Positions 29,022 through 38,126 of a stretch of DNA of 64,000 bases are shown piece after piece; the first letter of the stretch is position 1; every line of letters begins with the position of its first letter. This DNA comes from Candidatus Oxydemutator sp. (GTDB lineage: Bacteria; Pseudomonadota; Gammaproteobacteria; Poriferisulfidales; Oxydemutatoraceae): the NCBI GenBank assembly GCA_965203445.1, contig OZ241883.1, positions 1,504,001-1,568,000 of the forward strand. Direction: 5' to 3'. The position numbers and the translations under genes are program-made. The notes below the pieces were generated by a model, which worked only from the letters and a program-made list of their open reading frames with translations, ran no database searches and was not told the DNA's origin.

Positions 29022-29981
29022 TCAGAAGCGCACTTCGTTCCAGAAGGTTCCGGGTGCCAGGCGTGCGCCGCCGGTCGCCTTGACGCCGCCGAATTGCGTC
29101 AGCAGTTCCATCAGGCGCGCCGCATCAGTGCGTTCGCGCGCGCCCCAGCGCTTCGGTATCCCTTCGCGGTAGCGCTCGCGCAGCGTCGTGAAAGTGGCGT
29201 CGTCGTCGGCGCGCATCAACGGCCGCAGGCGCCGCCACTCGGCGTCGTCGGCGAGCAGCCTGGCGCGCGCGGCGCGCGCGGCGGCGTTGAAGCGCCGGAC
29301 GATGCCGGCGTTTGCGCGCGCCCAATCCTCGCCGAAGACGTAGCCGACCATCGGCGTCGCGTCGGTGCCGAGTCCGGTGATGACGTCGCCGATCTCGACA
29401 AGCCGCCGGTAGCCGACGGCTTCGAGGCGCGCGCAGTAATGCCAGAAATTCAGCACCGCGTCGAGTTTCCCGCGTTCGATCTGTCCGTTCAGCAGCGGCG
29501 GCGCCGCGTATTGCGCGTCGAACGCGGACAGCGGATCGAAGGCGTGCCGTTTTTGCGCCCACGCGCGCAGCAGCAGCCAGCTTTTGTCGAAGGCGCCGCC
29601 GGCGACGCCGACGCGCAAATCGCGCAAATCGCGCAGGTCGCGCGCGTCGCTTGCGGCGGGCACCATGAGCGCGCCTAGCGCCGACGAGTAGGGGATGAAA
29701 CTGAAGCGTTTGCCGCGCGCGCGTTCGCGTGACACCCACACCCAGTCGGTTACAATCACGTCGACCTCGCCGCTCTGAAACACGACGTGCGCGGCCTGCT
29801 TGCTGGCGAACTCCCGCACCTTCAGGGCGAAGCCCTGCTCGCGGTCGAGGCCATGGTGGCGGACGGTGTCGAGTTCCCAGTTGACGGTGCCGAATTTGAG
29901 CGTGCCGATGCGCACGACGTCGTCGGCCGAGGTCGTCGCGGCCAGCAACAGCAAGGGTAGAAACAGGCTTTTGTAAGACAT
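29022..29981 (-). CDS. ABC substrate-binding protein, PqqT-like (putative PQQ-binding)
   Basis: GTLKFGTVNWE, DWVWVSR, GG..DKSW, APPLL, LNFWHY; xox/pqq context. Confidence 0.7.
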   Translation of the reverse strand: MSYKSLFLPLLLLAATTSADDVVRIGTLKFGTVNWELDTVRHHGLDREQGFALKVREFASKQAAHVVFQSGEVDVIVTDWVWVSRERARGKRFSFIPYSSALGALMVPAASDARDLRDLRDLRVGVAGGAFDKSWLLLRAWAQKRHAFDPLSAFDAQYAAPPLLNGQIERGKLDAVLNFWHYCARLEAVGYRRLVEIGDVITGLGTDATPMVGYVFGEDWARANAGIVRRFNAAARAARARLLADDAEWRRLRPLMRADDDATFTTLRERYREGIPKRWGARERTDAARLMELLTQFGGVKATGGARLAPGTFWNEVRF

Positions 29982-30036
29982 GTCGGAATTATACGGGGAT
30001 TATATACACGGCTGCACAAAGACTTGACAATAGTTG

Positions 30037-30092
30037 GGTGAGGACCGTTCCGGCCTCATACACCAGCAAGGGAACGCCCCCACGGCGTTCCC
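30037..30092 (-). repeat. REP-like composite element (inverted copy)
   Basis: Reverse complement reads GGGAACGCCGTGGGGGCGTTCCCTTGCTGGTGTATGAGGCCGGAACGGTCCTCACCC. Confidence 0.85.
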
Positions 30093-30122
30093 GAAAAAAC
30101 CCCTGCTATCATAACCGCTGTC

Positions 30123-30761
30123 ATGACTAGGCCGTATCCACTATCGTCCCGCGTCGGCGCCGCCATCGGCGTGCTGCTTGCCGCGCTCGTCGCGCACGTC
30201 GCGGCGCAACCGCGGCACGCCGCGCCCGAGGGTTGGCCGTGCGTGCAGAGTTACGTGCCGAGTGTTTCGGCCGGCAGATTCTGGCAGGGGGAACTGCCGC
30301 GGGAGGAACGCTGGCGCGACGACGCGCGCGTAACGCGCCTCGCCGACGAGTTGCTGAGTCGCGCGTCGGGGCTGGAGGAGAGCCTCGACAAAGTCCGACA
30401 ATTCTTCGCGGCACCGGAAAACGCGACGCGCGCCACGGCCGAGCTGCTGGTCGGTGCGCTGACCGCGGCCGTGAACCGCGAGCGCGGCAGGGTGCTAGAC
30501 GGCATCGGGCGTTTCGGCGCGCGTCAGCGGATGCTGGTCAAGCGCATAGAAAGTCAGGCCAAAAGCATCGAGAAACTGCAAGACGCCGGCGGCGACGCGG
30601 TCGAATTGGAGGACCTGCAGACGCGGCAGCGGTGGGACATCCGCGTGTTCGAGGAGCGCGAGCGCATGGCCGACCATCTGTGCGAGCAGCCGGTGTTATT
30701 AGAGCAGCGGTTTTTTGCGATCGGGCGCGTCGTCGCGTCGCTGTTCGCGCCCGGCGACTGA
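30123..30761 (+). CDS. Exported WPCxQ...CExP protein found in PQQ-ADH/lanthanide clusters (possibly LutG-like)
   Basis: Signal peptide, WPCVQ, W..RVFEER, LCEQPVLLEQR. Confidence 0.7.
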   Translation: MTRPYPLSSRVGAAIGVLLAALVAHVAAQPRHAAPEGWPCVQSYVPSVSAGRFWQGELPREERWRDDARVTRLADELLSRASGLEESLDKVRQFFAAPENATRATAELLVGALTAAVNRERGRVLDGIGRFGARQRMLVKRIESQAKSIEKLQDAGGDAVELEDLQTRQRWDIRVFEERERMADHLCEQPVLLEQRFFAIGRVVASLFAPGD

Positions 30762-30773
30762 GCGCTCTCCCCG

Positions 30774-31250
30774 TTAATTTCTTGCGGCGCGCGCCTCGAC
30801 CTTGCCGGCCGGGCAACGCACGTTCTCGTAGTTGATCAATACGCTGTTGAAAGACGGCGTGGGCGTGCGCACGCGGTGGTGGCGCAGCCACGCGTACTGG
30901 ATGTCGTAGGCCTGCAACTCGCGCGCCTTCCACGTCAGGCAGTCGTTGACCATCTTCAGCGCCTGGAACCGATCCTGGGCATAGTGGACGAGTTCGTGCA
31001 GCAGCACGCTGCGCGCGTGCAGATCGTTGACGAAGTCCTGGTTGTCGGACATATAGACGATTTTGTCGACGTTGGAAAACCAGCCGTAGACGTCGCATTC
31101 CCGATTGCCACAGGCCTTTTGCGCCAGCTCGCGCTGCGGCAGGACGCGGATTTCGGGCGCCGGCAGCTCGATGCCGACGGTGCCGGTCATGGACTGGATG
31201 AACAGCATCAGCGCGCCGACGATCTGGTTTTGCGCCGCGACTAGTTCCAC
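30774..31250 (-). CDS. Hypothetical zincin-like protein (HELVH motif; DUF6647-like)
   Basis: SVLLHELVHYAQ followed by RELQAYDIQ; four Cys. Confidence 0.68.
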   Translation of the reverse strand: MELVAAQNQIVGALMLFIQSMTGTVGIELPAPEIRVLPQRELAQKACGNRECDVYGWFSNVDKIVYMSDNQDFVNDLHARSVLLHELVHYAQDRFQALKMVNDCLTWKARELQAYDIQYAWLRHHRVRTPTPSFNSVLINYENVRCPAGKVEARAARN

Positions 31251-31313
31251 GGTGGCCTCGCGGTTTTCAGGAGCCCCTCGCGTCCGGGTGCACGCTCCGG
31301 TGGATGCCGAAGT

Positions 31314-32126
31314 TCAGGTGGCGGTCACCGGCCACGTCGCCGTGTAGGTCTTATTGCGCGAGTCGACCGCCTTTGCGTGCAGCACGTCGCCGCCCGGCCT
31401 GGGCTTGTAGAAGAAGTCGAAGCTCGGGTTGTGGCTGAACGTGATGTCGCCCTTGGCCGCAAACACCGTCTCGCCGTCGTCGTTCATGACCTCGACGGTC
31501 TCGACGTAGTGCGGCGGGATGAACAGCGTCGTTACCTGATCCATCTGCATGCCCGAGTTGTTGGGATGCAGCAGCGACAGCTGGAAGCCGCGCGCGTCTT
31601 CGCGCGCCGCGGTGTGCGCCAATTCCATCTTGCCCATCGTCAGCTGCGCCATCGGGTCGTCGTTCGGCGGCGGCGCCGAGCAGCCGCCGGACGCCTTGAC
31701 AAACGCCGAGTTCATATAGAGTTCGCCGCGGTTGGTCTCGGCGATCACGCGCACGTGGCTGTATTCGTTGACGCGAATGCGGGTGCCGATCTCGGCCGTG
31801 CCGTTTTTCGGCGACAAGGTGAACACGCCGGCCACCGGCGACGGGTTCTTATCCACGACCAGGTAGTGCTTGCGGATGTAGTGATCGGCTTGTTGCGGCG
31901 TCGCCGGGATGATCCGCACCGAGACGTCGGCGCCGTTGGCCGGGCGCACCGGGGCTTCCAGGCGTATGCGTCCGGCGCCGTCCGCCACCGGCCGATCCTG
32001 AAAAAGAAATTCGCGCACTTCGCGCCAAGCCTGCTCGTCGTCGGCAAAGGCGCGTCCCAAAGTAAGCGACGTCGCCGCCGCGATTGCCGAGCCCAGAAAG
32101 CCACGGCGCGTGAGGGTAATAGACAT
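31314..32126 (-). CDS. Quinoprotein dehydrogenase-associated fused SoxYZ-like carrier (Tat-exported)
   Basis: TRRGFLG, LVVDKNPSP, TRIRVNEYS, VKASGGCSAP, HPNNSGMQMDQ. Confidence 0.88.
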   Translation of the reverse strand: MSITLTRRGFLGSAIAAATSLTLGRAFADDEQAWREVREFLFQDRPVADGAGRIRLEAPVRPANGADVSVRIIPATPQQADHYIRKHYLVVDKNPSPVAGVFTLSPKNGTAEIGTRIRVNEYSHVRVIAETNRGELYMNSAFVKASGGCSAPPPNDDPMAQLTMGKMELAHTAAREDARGFQLSLLHPNNSGMQMDQVTTLFIPPHYVETVEVMNDDGETVFAAKGDITFSHNPSFDFFYKPRPGGDVLHAKAVDSRNKTYTATWPVTAT

Positions 32127-32185
32127 AAGATCCGCCTCCAGAATCGAGATTGATGTCCGGCATTATACAACAGCTGTACAACTTC

Positions 32186-32338
32186 GGGAACGCCGTGGGG
32201 GCGTTCCCTTACTGGTGTATAAGACCGGAACGGCCCTCACCCCCGTCCTCTCCCAGGGGGAGAGGGAGAAGTCCTTGGTCGGGAACGCCGTGGGGGCGTT
32301 CCCTTACTGATGTATAAGGCCGGAACAGCCCTCACCCC
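32186..32338 (+). repeat. Tandem pair of REP-like composite elements (95-bp spacing)
   Basis: GGGAACGCCGTGGGGGCGTTCCCTTACTG.TGTATAAG.CCGGAAC.GCCCTCACCCC at 32186 and 32281. Confidence 0.88.
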
Positions 32339-32412
32339 TCATTGGGCTGACGGGGGCGCTTGATTTGTGCGATACTCGTTTTTATTGCAACTACCTTGCG
32401 AGGAACAAACCG

Positions 32413-32817
32413 ATGCAGAAAAGCACACTTGGAATCATGGTCGCGGCCGTCCTTGCGCTGGCGCTGCCCGCCGGCTGCATGATGGACGCCGGCGAGCCGC
32501 CGAACCTGGTCGGCGAATGGCACGGAATGAACCACACGGTGTCCGAACTCAAGGGCTACCAGGAGTGGCAGAAGACCGTGCATATCACCGAGCAGCGCGA
32601 CCGGCGTTTTCGCGGCTACTTCGAGTACACCGAGGGGCGCATAGATTTCTTCGGCGTCGTGTTTCCCGACGACTCCTCGTTCGCGTGGGTGTCGGGCGCG
32701 AGCAAGGGCTACAACCTCGGCCGCATCTTGGGGCGCGACCGCATCAGCGCGTGCTACGTCGAGGCCGGCGAGCAGGCGAGCGCCGGTTGCGCCGAACTGA
32801 CGCGCAAGCACGACTGA
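32413..32817 (+). CDS. Hypothetical small exported/lipo-protein (beta-rich, C-terminal Cys pair)
   Basis: SD GAGGA, signal peptide with PAGC, LVGEW, SACY...GCA. Confidence 0.68.
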   Translation: MQKSTLGIMVAAVLALALPAGCMMDAGEPPNLVGEWHGMNHTVSELKGYQEWQKTVHITEQRDRRFRGYFEYTEGRIDFFGVVFPDDSSFAWVSGASKGYNLGRILGRDRISACYVEAGEQASAGCAELTRKHD

Positions 32818-32854
32818 GGGTGAGGGCGCGGCGCCGCGCCGCGCCCGCCGTTCG

Positions 32855-33424
32855 TCATGGGCGCATGCTTGTGATATAGGCCGAGACCGCCCTGAGGTCG
32901 TCGTCGCCGAAGGTTTTTATCAGCGAGTTCTTGGCCGGCGAATTGGTGCGCACGCCGTTCTTGAAGTCGAACATGGTCTTCTCGATATAGGCGTTGTGCT
33001 GCCCGGCCACCCGCGGCACCCCGCTGGCGCCCTCGAAGCGTCCGAGGTGGCATTGCACGCACTGCCCCTGCGTGACTACCCTCTTGCCGGCGGCGCTCTG
33101 GGCCGCGTCGGCTTTGGCTGCACCGCGCGGCCATTGTTGCTCGGAGAAGTACTTGGCGATCAGCAGCATCTGCTCTTTCGTAAGCGCCATGACCATCGGC
33201 TGCATGATTTCGTTCTTGCGGAAACCGCGCTTGAAGTCCTTGAGCTGGGTGTAGGTATAGTGCAGATGCTGACCGGCGAGTATCGGGTTTTGCGGTATCG
33301 TCGAGACGCCGCGCTCGCCGTGGCACGGGATGCAGGTCGCAAGCTGCGCGCGCACCGACGCATATTCGTCGGCGCCCGCCGCCGCCATCAGCAGCAGCGT
33401 GCCTGCTATCAGATAACGTCGCAT
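32855..33424 (-). CDS. Diheme cytochrome c4-like protein
   Basis: CIPCH and CVQCH, P.LAGQH twice, signal peptide. Confidence 0.9.
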   Translation of the reverse strand: MRRYLIAGTLLLMAAAGADEYASVRAQLATCIPCHGERGVSTIPQNPILAGQHLHYTYTQLKDFKRGFRKNEIMQPMVMALTKEQMLLIAKYFSEQQWPRGAAKADAAQSAAGKRVVTQGQCVQCHLGRFEGASGVPRVAGQHNAYIEKTMFDFKNGVRTNSPAKNSLIKTFGDDDLRAVSAYITSMRP

Positions 33425-33466
33425 GACGGTCTCTCCCGTACCAATATGATCGAAGTCGGATGGAAG

Positions 33467-33502
33467 AAAACCGCCGCGCCCGGTCATGGGCGCGGCGGTT
33501 TT
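33467..33502. terminator. GC-rich hairpin between the PQQ dehydrogenase and cytochrome genes
   Basis: AAAACCGCCGCGCCC-GGTCAT-GGGCGCGGCGGTTTT. Confidence 0.7.
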
Positions 33503-33558
33503 CGGTTTTGGCGGTTTTGTGCCGGGCGCGGGCGCGAACCCGCGGGACTACGGCCGCG

Positions 33559-35265
33559 TCAAGACCTCTTCAGCTTATACGCGATAATCTCGTTACCGCG
33601 TTTGTAGTCGAGCTGGACGTTGCCGCCGGCGCCGACGACGATGTACTGCTCGCCGTCGACGCTATACGAGGCGGGCGGTGCGTTGACGCCGGCCTTGGCT
33701 TTGTCCTGCCAGACCATCTGGCCGGTGGCCGAGTCGTAGGCGCGGAACATGCCGTTGCCCTCGCCGGTGAACACCAGGCCGCCGCCGGTGGCCAGGATGC
33801 CGCCGATCATCGGCTGCTCGGTCTTGACCTTCCACTTGATCTTGCCGGTGTTGTAGTCCACCGCGGTGACGTTGCCCCACTGCTGTTCCGACGGGATCAC
33901 CTTGAACGCGCCGCCCAGCCACAACTTGCCGCCGGGGTAGGGCGTCTCCTCGACGTGGTAGGTCATCGGCTGGTGCAGGTTGATCGCGTAGGTCAGTTGC
34001 AGGTGCGGGTCTATCGCCATCGGCGACCATTCGACGCCGCCGTTGGCGCCCGGCAGCATGCGCGCGCCTTCCTTGGTCGGCAGCACCCAGCGGTTTTCCT
34101 GCGACACCATCGGCTCCGAGAACCGGATCAGCGAGCAGTCGCTTGCGCGGTGGACGTAGACGTAGCCGGTCTTGCCCGCGTGCAGCACGCCCTTGACCAT
34201 GCGCCCGTCGTTGTCCTTGACCATCGTCAGGATCGGCGGGCTGACCGCGTCGAGATCCCAGACGTCATGGGCGATGTACTGAAAGTGGCACTGGTAACCG
34301 CCGCTGTCCAGGTCGACCGCGACCAGCGAGTTGGTGTACAGGTTGTCGCCCGGACGAATCGCGCCGTAGAGATCCGGCGACGGGTTGCCGACGACGAAAT
34401 AGACCATGTCGTTGGAACGATCCACGGCCATGTTCTGCCACACGCCGCCGCCGAGCGTCTTGTACGGGTCGCCGTTTTTCTCGAGCGTGGCTTTCTCGGC
34501 CTCGATGTCGCGGTGCATGTATTTGCCGGTGGCGTCGTGGGTCTCCCAGGTGCCGACCGAGTTCTCCGGCACCGTGTAAAACGTCCACAACAGGTCGCCG
34601 CTTTCGGCGTCGTAGGCCTTGACGAAGCCGCGGATCCCGTACTCGCCGCCGTTGGTGCCGATCAGCACCTTGCCGTCAACGACGGTGGGCGCCATCGTCT
34701 CGCTGTAGCCGAGTTCGGGGTCGGCGATCTGCGTCTCCCACACTTTCTTGCCGGTCTTGGCGTTGAGCGCCACCATTTTGGCGTCCAGCGTCCCCATGTA
34801 GAGCATGTCGCCGTAGGCGAACACGCCGCGGTTGTTGGGGCCGCAGCAGTAGGTCGTAACCGGCCCCATCTTGTGTTTGTAGTGCCAGAGCCTCTTGCCG
34901 GTCTTGGCGTCGAGCGCATAGACGTGGTTGTACGAGGTCGTTATATACATCACGCCGTCTATGATGATCGGCGTCGTCTCCAGCGACTCGACGACCTCGG
35001 TCCTGAAGACCCAGGCGCGCGCCAGACGGTGGACGTTGTCGCGGTTTATCTGGCGCGCCGGATAGTAGCGGGTTTGATCGTAGTTGCCGTTGGTGTGCAG
35101 AAAATTATTGGCGTCGCCGGCGGCGTGGTCCAACATGTCCTGGGTTACCGTGTGCATGTCGCCGTAGAGGGTGCCTTTGCCGGTCTCCTGGGCGAACGTC
35201 GCCGACGTCGCCAGCGCCGCCAGCGACGCGCCGAGCGCAAGCGCCTGGATGTGTTTTGTATTCAT
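33559..35265 (-). CDS. Second PQQ-dependent alcohol dehydrogenase family protein with a lanthanide-type D-x-D motif
   Basis: Signal peptide, [43 protein letters not shown]; SD AAGGAG. Confidence 0.9.
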   Translation of the reverse strand: MNTKHIQALALGASLAALATSATFAQETGKGTLYGDMHTVTQDMLDHAAGDANNFLHTNGNYDQTRYYPARQINRDNVHRLARAWVFRTEVVESLETTPIIIDGVMYITTSYNHVYALDAKTGKRLWHYKHKMGPVTTYCCGPNNRGVFAYGDMLYMGTLDAKMVALNAKTGKKVWETQIADPELGYSETMAPTVVDGKVLIGTNGGEYGIRGFVKAYDAESGDLLWTFYTVPENSVGTWETHDATGKYMHRDIEAEKATLEKNGDPYKTLGGGVWQNMAVDRSNDMVYFVVGNPSPDLYGAIRPGDNLYTNSLVAVDLDSGGYQCHFQYIAHDVWDLDAVSPPILTMVKDNDGRMVKGVLHAGKTGYVYVHRASDCSLIRFSEPMVSQENRWVLPTKEGARMLPGANGGVEWSPMAIDPHLQLTYAINLHQPMTYHVEETPYPGGKLWLGGAFKVIPSEQQWGNVTAVDYNTGKIKWKVKTEQPMIGGILATGGGLVFTGEGNGMFRAYDSATGQMVWQDKAKAGVNAPPASYSVDGEQYIVVGAGGNVQLDYKRGNEIIAYKLKRS

Positions 35266-35458
35266 CTTGTTGCTCCTTAAGAGTAAGTCATGAGTATGTC
35301 GTTTGTCGTGGTAGGCTTGCGGGCCGTAGTGGCAGACTTGCAGGCCATAAGACACATGATAGCAAATTGCGTCGGGTGGTAGGGAACCGTTCGCGGGAAC
35401 GGTGGAGCGGGGCGTGTTTGCCCAGCCCCATGCCATGCCCGTATTATGTTTGGGGACG

Positions 35459-36442
35459 ATGAGGCGCAGGCGGTTTCTGGCGATGACGATAAGCTCGATG
35501 GCGGCGCTGGTCGGCGCCGGCCGTGGTCGCGCGCCGGGAGCGCGACCACGGCTGGCGGTCGTGCACGATCCGTTGTTCGCCGAGCATAGGCTTGAGGAAG
35601 GCCATCCCGAGTCGCCGGCGCGCTACCACGCGGTCATGGATGCTCTCGAGGAAAACGGCCTGCTGGGAAAAGTGGCGTTGCCGCCGCCGATTGCGGCCGA
35701 ACCGGCGGTGTTCGCGGTGCACACGCGACGCCATTTTGCGCAAATCCGCGACACCTACGGGCGCTCGCACGTGGTCGCGTTGCGCGCCGCGGGCGCCGGC
35801 CTGGCCGGCGTGCGCGCGGTATGCGAGGGCCAGGCCGTGCGCGCGTTCTGCGCGACCCGCCCGCCCGGGCATCACGCGCTGAACAGCGGCCGCGAGGAAG
35901 GTTTTTGTTTCTACAACACGGTGGCGATTGCCGCGCGCTACGCGCAACGCACCTGTGGCCTCGCCAGAGTGCTGATAGTGGATTGGGACTACCACCACGG
36001 CAACGGCACCGAGGCCGCGTTCTACGACGATCCTTCGGTGCTGTTTTTCTCGACCCACGATTACCGCGCCTATCCCGGCACCGGCGATCCGGCGCGCCGC
36101 GGCGCGGGGAAGGGGCGCGGCTACAACGTCAACGTCCATCTCGATTGCGGTAGCGACGACGCCGCTATCGTCGCCGCTTTCGAGGACGTGCTGGTGCCGG
36201 CGGCGCGTCGCTTCCGGCCCGATCTGGTGTTGGTGTCGGCCGGGTTCGACGGCCGCCGCGACGACCCGCTTGGTTGTTTCGACGTAAGCGACGCGGGCTT
36301 CACGCGCCTTACCCAAATCGTCTGCACGCTGGCGGACACCTACTGCGACGGCCGCCTGGTGTCGGTGCTGGAGGGAGGCTATAACCTGGCGGGGCTGGCC
36401 AGCGCGGCCAGCGCCCACGTCGCGGCCTTGGCCGCGGCCTGA
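35459..36442 (+). CDS. Zn-dependent histone deacetylase family amidohydrolase with N-terminal twin-arginine-like signal
   Basis: [40 protein letters not shown]; N-terminus [17 protein letters not shown]. Confidence 0.9.
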   Translation: MRRRRFLAMTISSMAALVGAGRGRAPGARPRLAVVHDPLFAEHRLEEGHPESPARYHAVMDALEENGLLGKVALPPPIAAEPAVFAVHTRRHFAQIRDTYGRSHVVALRAAGAGLAGVRAVCEGQAVRAFCATRPPGHHALNSGREEGFCFYNTVAIAARYAQRTCGLARVLIVDWDYHHGNGTEAAFYDDPSVLFFSTHDYRAYPGTGDPARRGAGKGRGYNVNVHLDCGSDDAAIVAAFEDVLVPAARRFRPDLVLVSAGFDGRRDDPLGCFDVSDAGFTRLTQIVCTLADTYCDGRLVSVLEGGYNLAGLASAASAHVAALAAA

Positions 36443-36470
36443 GGGCCGGGAGCGACAAGCGCGCCCGGAA

Positions 36471-36501
36471 CGAACCGCCCCGTGTTTTTCGGAGACTTCC
36501 A
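36471..36501 (+). mobile_element. Solo IS3-family-like terminal repeat (copy 1)
   Basis: CGAACCGCCCCGTGTTTTTCGGAGACTTCCA; 30 of 31 nt identical to 59243-59273; resembles IS6110/IS629 ends. Confidence 0.65.
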
Positions 36502-36557
36502 AATGGGGGAAGGGAAAATGTAACCTTCTCCCCCTGAGGGTGGGCCGATTCTCGCCT

Positions 36558-36965
36558 TCAGCCGCCGGCGGGCATGCCAAAAAAGGCCGCGAACAGCGCC
36601 GCGATGATGGCGACCGTCGAAAAACCCGTGGAAAGCGCCATATACTTCATGCTCGTGCCTATCTTCTCGGTGAGCTCACCCCTGAGAAGCGCTATTTGCG
36701 CGTCGGTATGTTCCGCTTGCGCTTTATGGGCAGTTTTGAGTTCGACCAGCCCGGCCTTGACTTCCAAAACCTGCGCCCCAAGTTCGGCCAGTTCGGCCCT
36801 GATCGCCAGAAGCTGCGCGTCGACTTCATCCTTGGTTGCCAGATGCTGTACGGCCTCGGTGATCGAAGCGCGCAGCAGTTCCGTCAGGGCCTCGGCCTGC
36901 TCTCGGCTCATGCCGGTGCGCTCCAGGCTGTGGACGCTGTCTATCATGCTGGTTGTCTGGCGCAT
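36558..36965 (-). CDS. DUF1640/CCDC90-like coiled-coil protein with C-terminal TM segment
   Basis: L..TGMSREQAEAL, LATKDEV, heptad repeats, hydrophobic C-terminus; SD AAGGAGG. Confidence 0.75.
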   Translation of the reverse strand: MRQTTSMIDSVHSLERTGMSREQAEALTELLRASITEAVQHLATKDEVDAQLLAIRAELAELGAQVLEVKAGLVELKTAHKAQAEHTDAQIALLRGELTEKIGTSMKYMALSTGFSTVAIIAALFAAFFGMPAGG

Positions 36966-37249
36966 GGTCGTTCCTCCTTTCGGCTGAAAAGGAACGTTGT
37001 AACGCGCATGCGGACCATAGCATGGAAGATCAGATAAACGGTGCGATACGGCCGACGAATGACTTTTTCCGACGAACGGTATTCATGGAAATCTCCATCG
37101 CGTGATTGGGAGAGGGCGCAGGGGACGAGGGGGGCGCAGGGGCGTTTGCGCAAAATCTGCTTCGGGTTGACACGGTTGCCATCATGGGTGCAATCCGGCG
37201 ATAAGATATAATCCGATTTCGGATTTCCATTTCCGATTTGCGCGAGAAC

Positions 37250-38113
37250 GTGCTGACCAGATTTCTTTTTGTGGCGTCGTGCCTGATGATCGCCGCGGCG
37301 TCGGCGGACAACGTGCGTACGTTGAACTTCGAGTTGTTCGATGCGGCGCGGCAAGGCGACGCCGAGCGCGTGCGCGAACTGCTCGACGCCGGCGCGTTGA
37401 TCTCGGCGCGCAATCGTTTCGGCAATAGCGCGCTGATATACGCGGCGCGCGGCGGCCACGTCGAAGTCCTCGCGCTGCTCGTCGCGCGCGGCGCCGACGT
37501 GAACCGCCCGAACGTGAACCGCGAGAGCGCGCTGTTCGGCGCGGTCAAGAACAATCACGCGCAAGCGACGCGCTGGCTGCTCGACAACGGCGCGCGCGCC
37601 GGCGACGCCACGCTCGCGCGCCTGACTCCGCTGATGACCGCGACCTTCAACGACAACCGCGAACTCGTCGAATTGCTGCTGGCGCGCGACGCGCCGGTGG
37701 ACGTGGTGGACGACACCGGCAAGTCGGCGCTGGTCTATGCCGCCGCGCGTTGCCGCCCCGAGGTCTTCGACCTGCTGGCGGCGCGCCTGGAAGAAGTGGA
37801 TCGCCGCTATCGCAACGGCCTGACGCTGCTGATGTGGGCGGCACCGGCCGAGAGCGGCCATTGCGTCGCGCAACTATTGAAGGCGGGCGCCGCCCCCGAT
37901 CTCAAGGACAACCGCGGACGCAGCGCGCTGATGATCGCGGCCGCGGCCGGTGCGACCGCGACCGTTGAGGTGTTGCTTTTGCATCGGGCCGACGCCGCGG
38001 CCGTGGACAACGAGGGGCAGACCGCGGCGACGCTCGCCGCCGGCGCCGGCCACCCCGAGTTGTCACAGCTGCTCGGCGCGGCACAATCGAACCCTCTCCC
38101 AGAGGGAGAATAA
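37250..38113 (+). CDS. Exported ankyrin-repeat protein
   Basis: Signal peptide and about 7 ankyrin repeats (GNSALIYAA, TPLMTA, GKSALVYAA, GRSALMIAA). Confidence 0.9.
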   Translation: MLTRFLFVASCLMIAAASADNVRTLNFELFDAARQGDAERVRELLDAGALISARNRFGNSALIYAARGGHVEVLALLVARGADVNRPNVNRESALFGAVKNNHAQATRWLLDNGARAGDATLARLTPLMTATFNDNRELVELLLARDAPVDVVDDTGKSALVYAAARCRPEVFDLLAARLEEVDRRYRNGLTLLMWAAPAESGHCVAQLLKAGAAPDLKDNRGRSALMIAAAAGATATVEVLLLHRADAAAVDNEGQTAATLAAGAGHPELSQLLGAAQSNPLPEGE

Positions 38114-38126
38114 AGAAGGGTATCCA

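Noticed and set aside
31314-32126. Sox sulfur-oxidation pathway
   Set aside because: Fused SoxYZ with an internal GGCSAP is the quinoprotein-associated type; no soxA/B/X/C/D
32186-32338. CRISPR array
   Set aside because: Only two adjacent units, the sequence between the hairpins is itself repeated rather than unique, copies are dispersed in both orientations, and there are no cas genes
36558-36965. Prophage
   Set aside because: A single DUF1640-like gene with no integrase, structural or replication genes nearby
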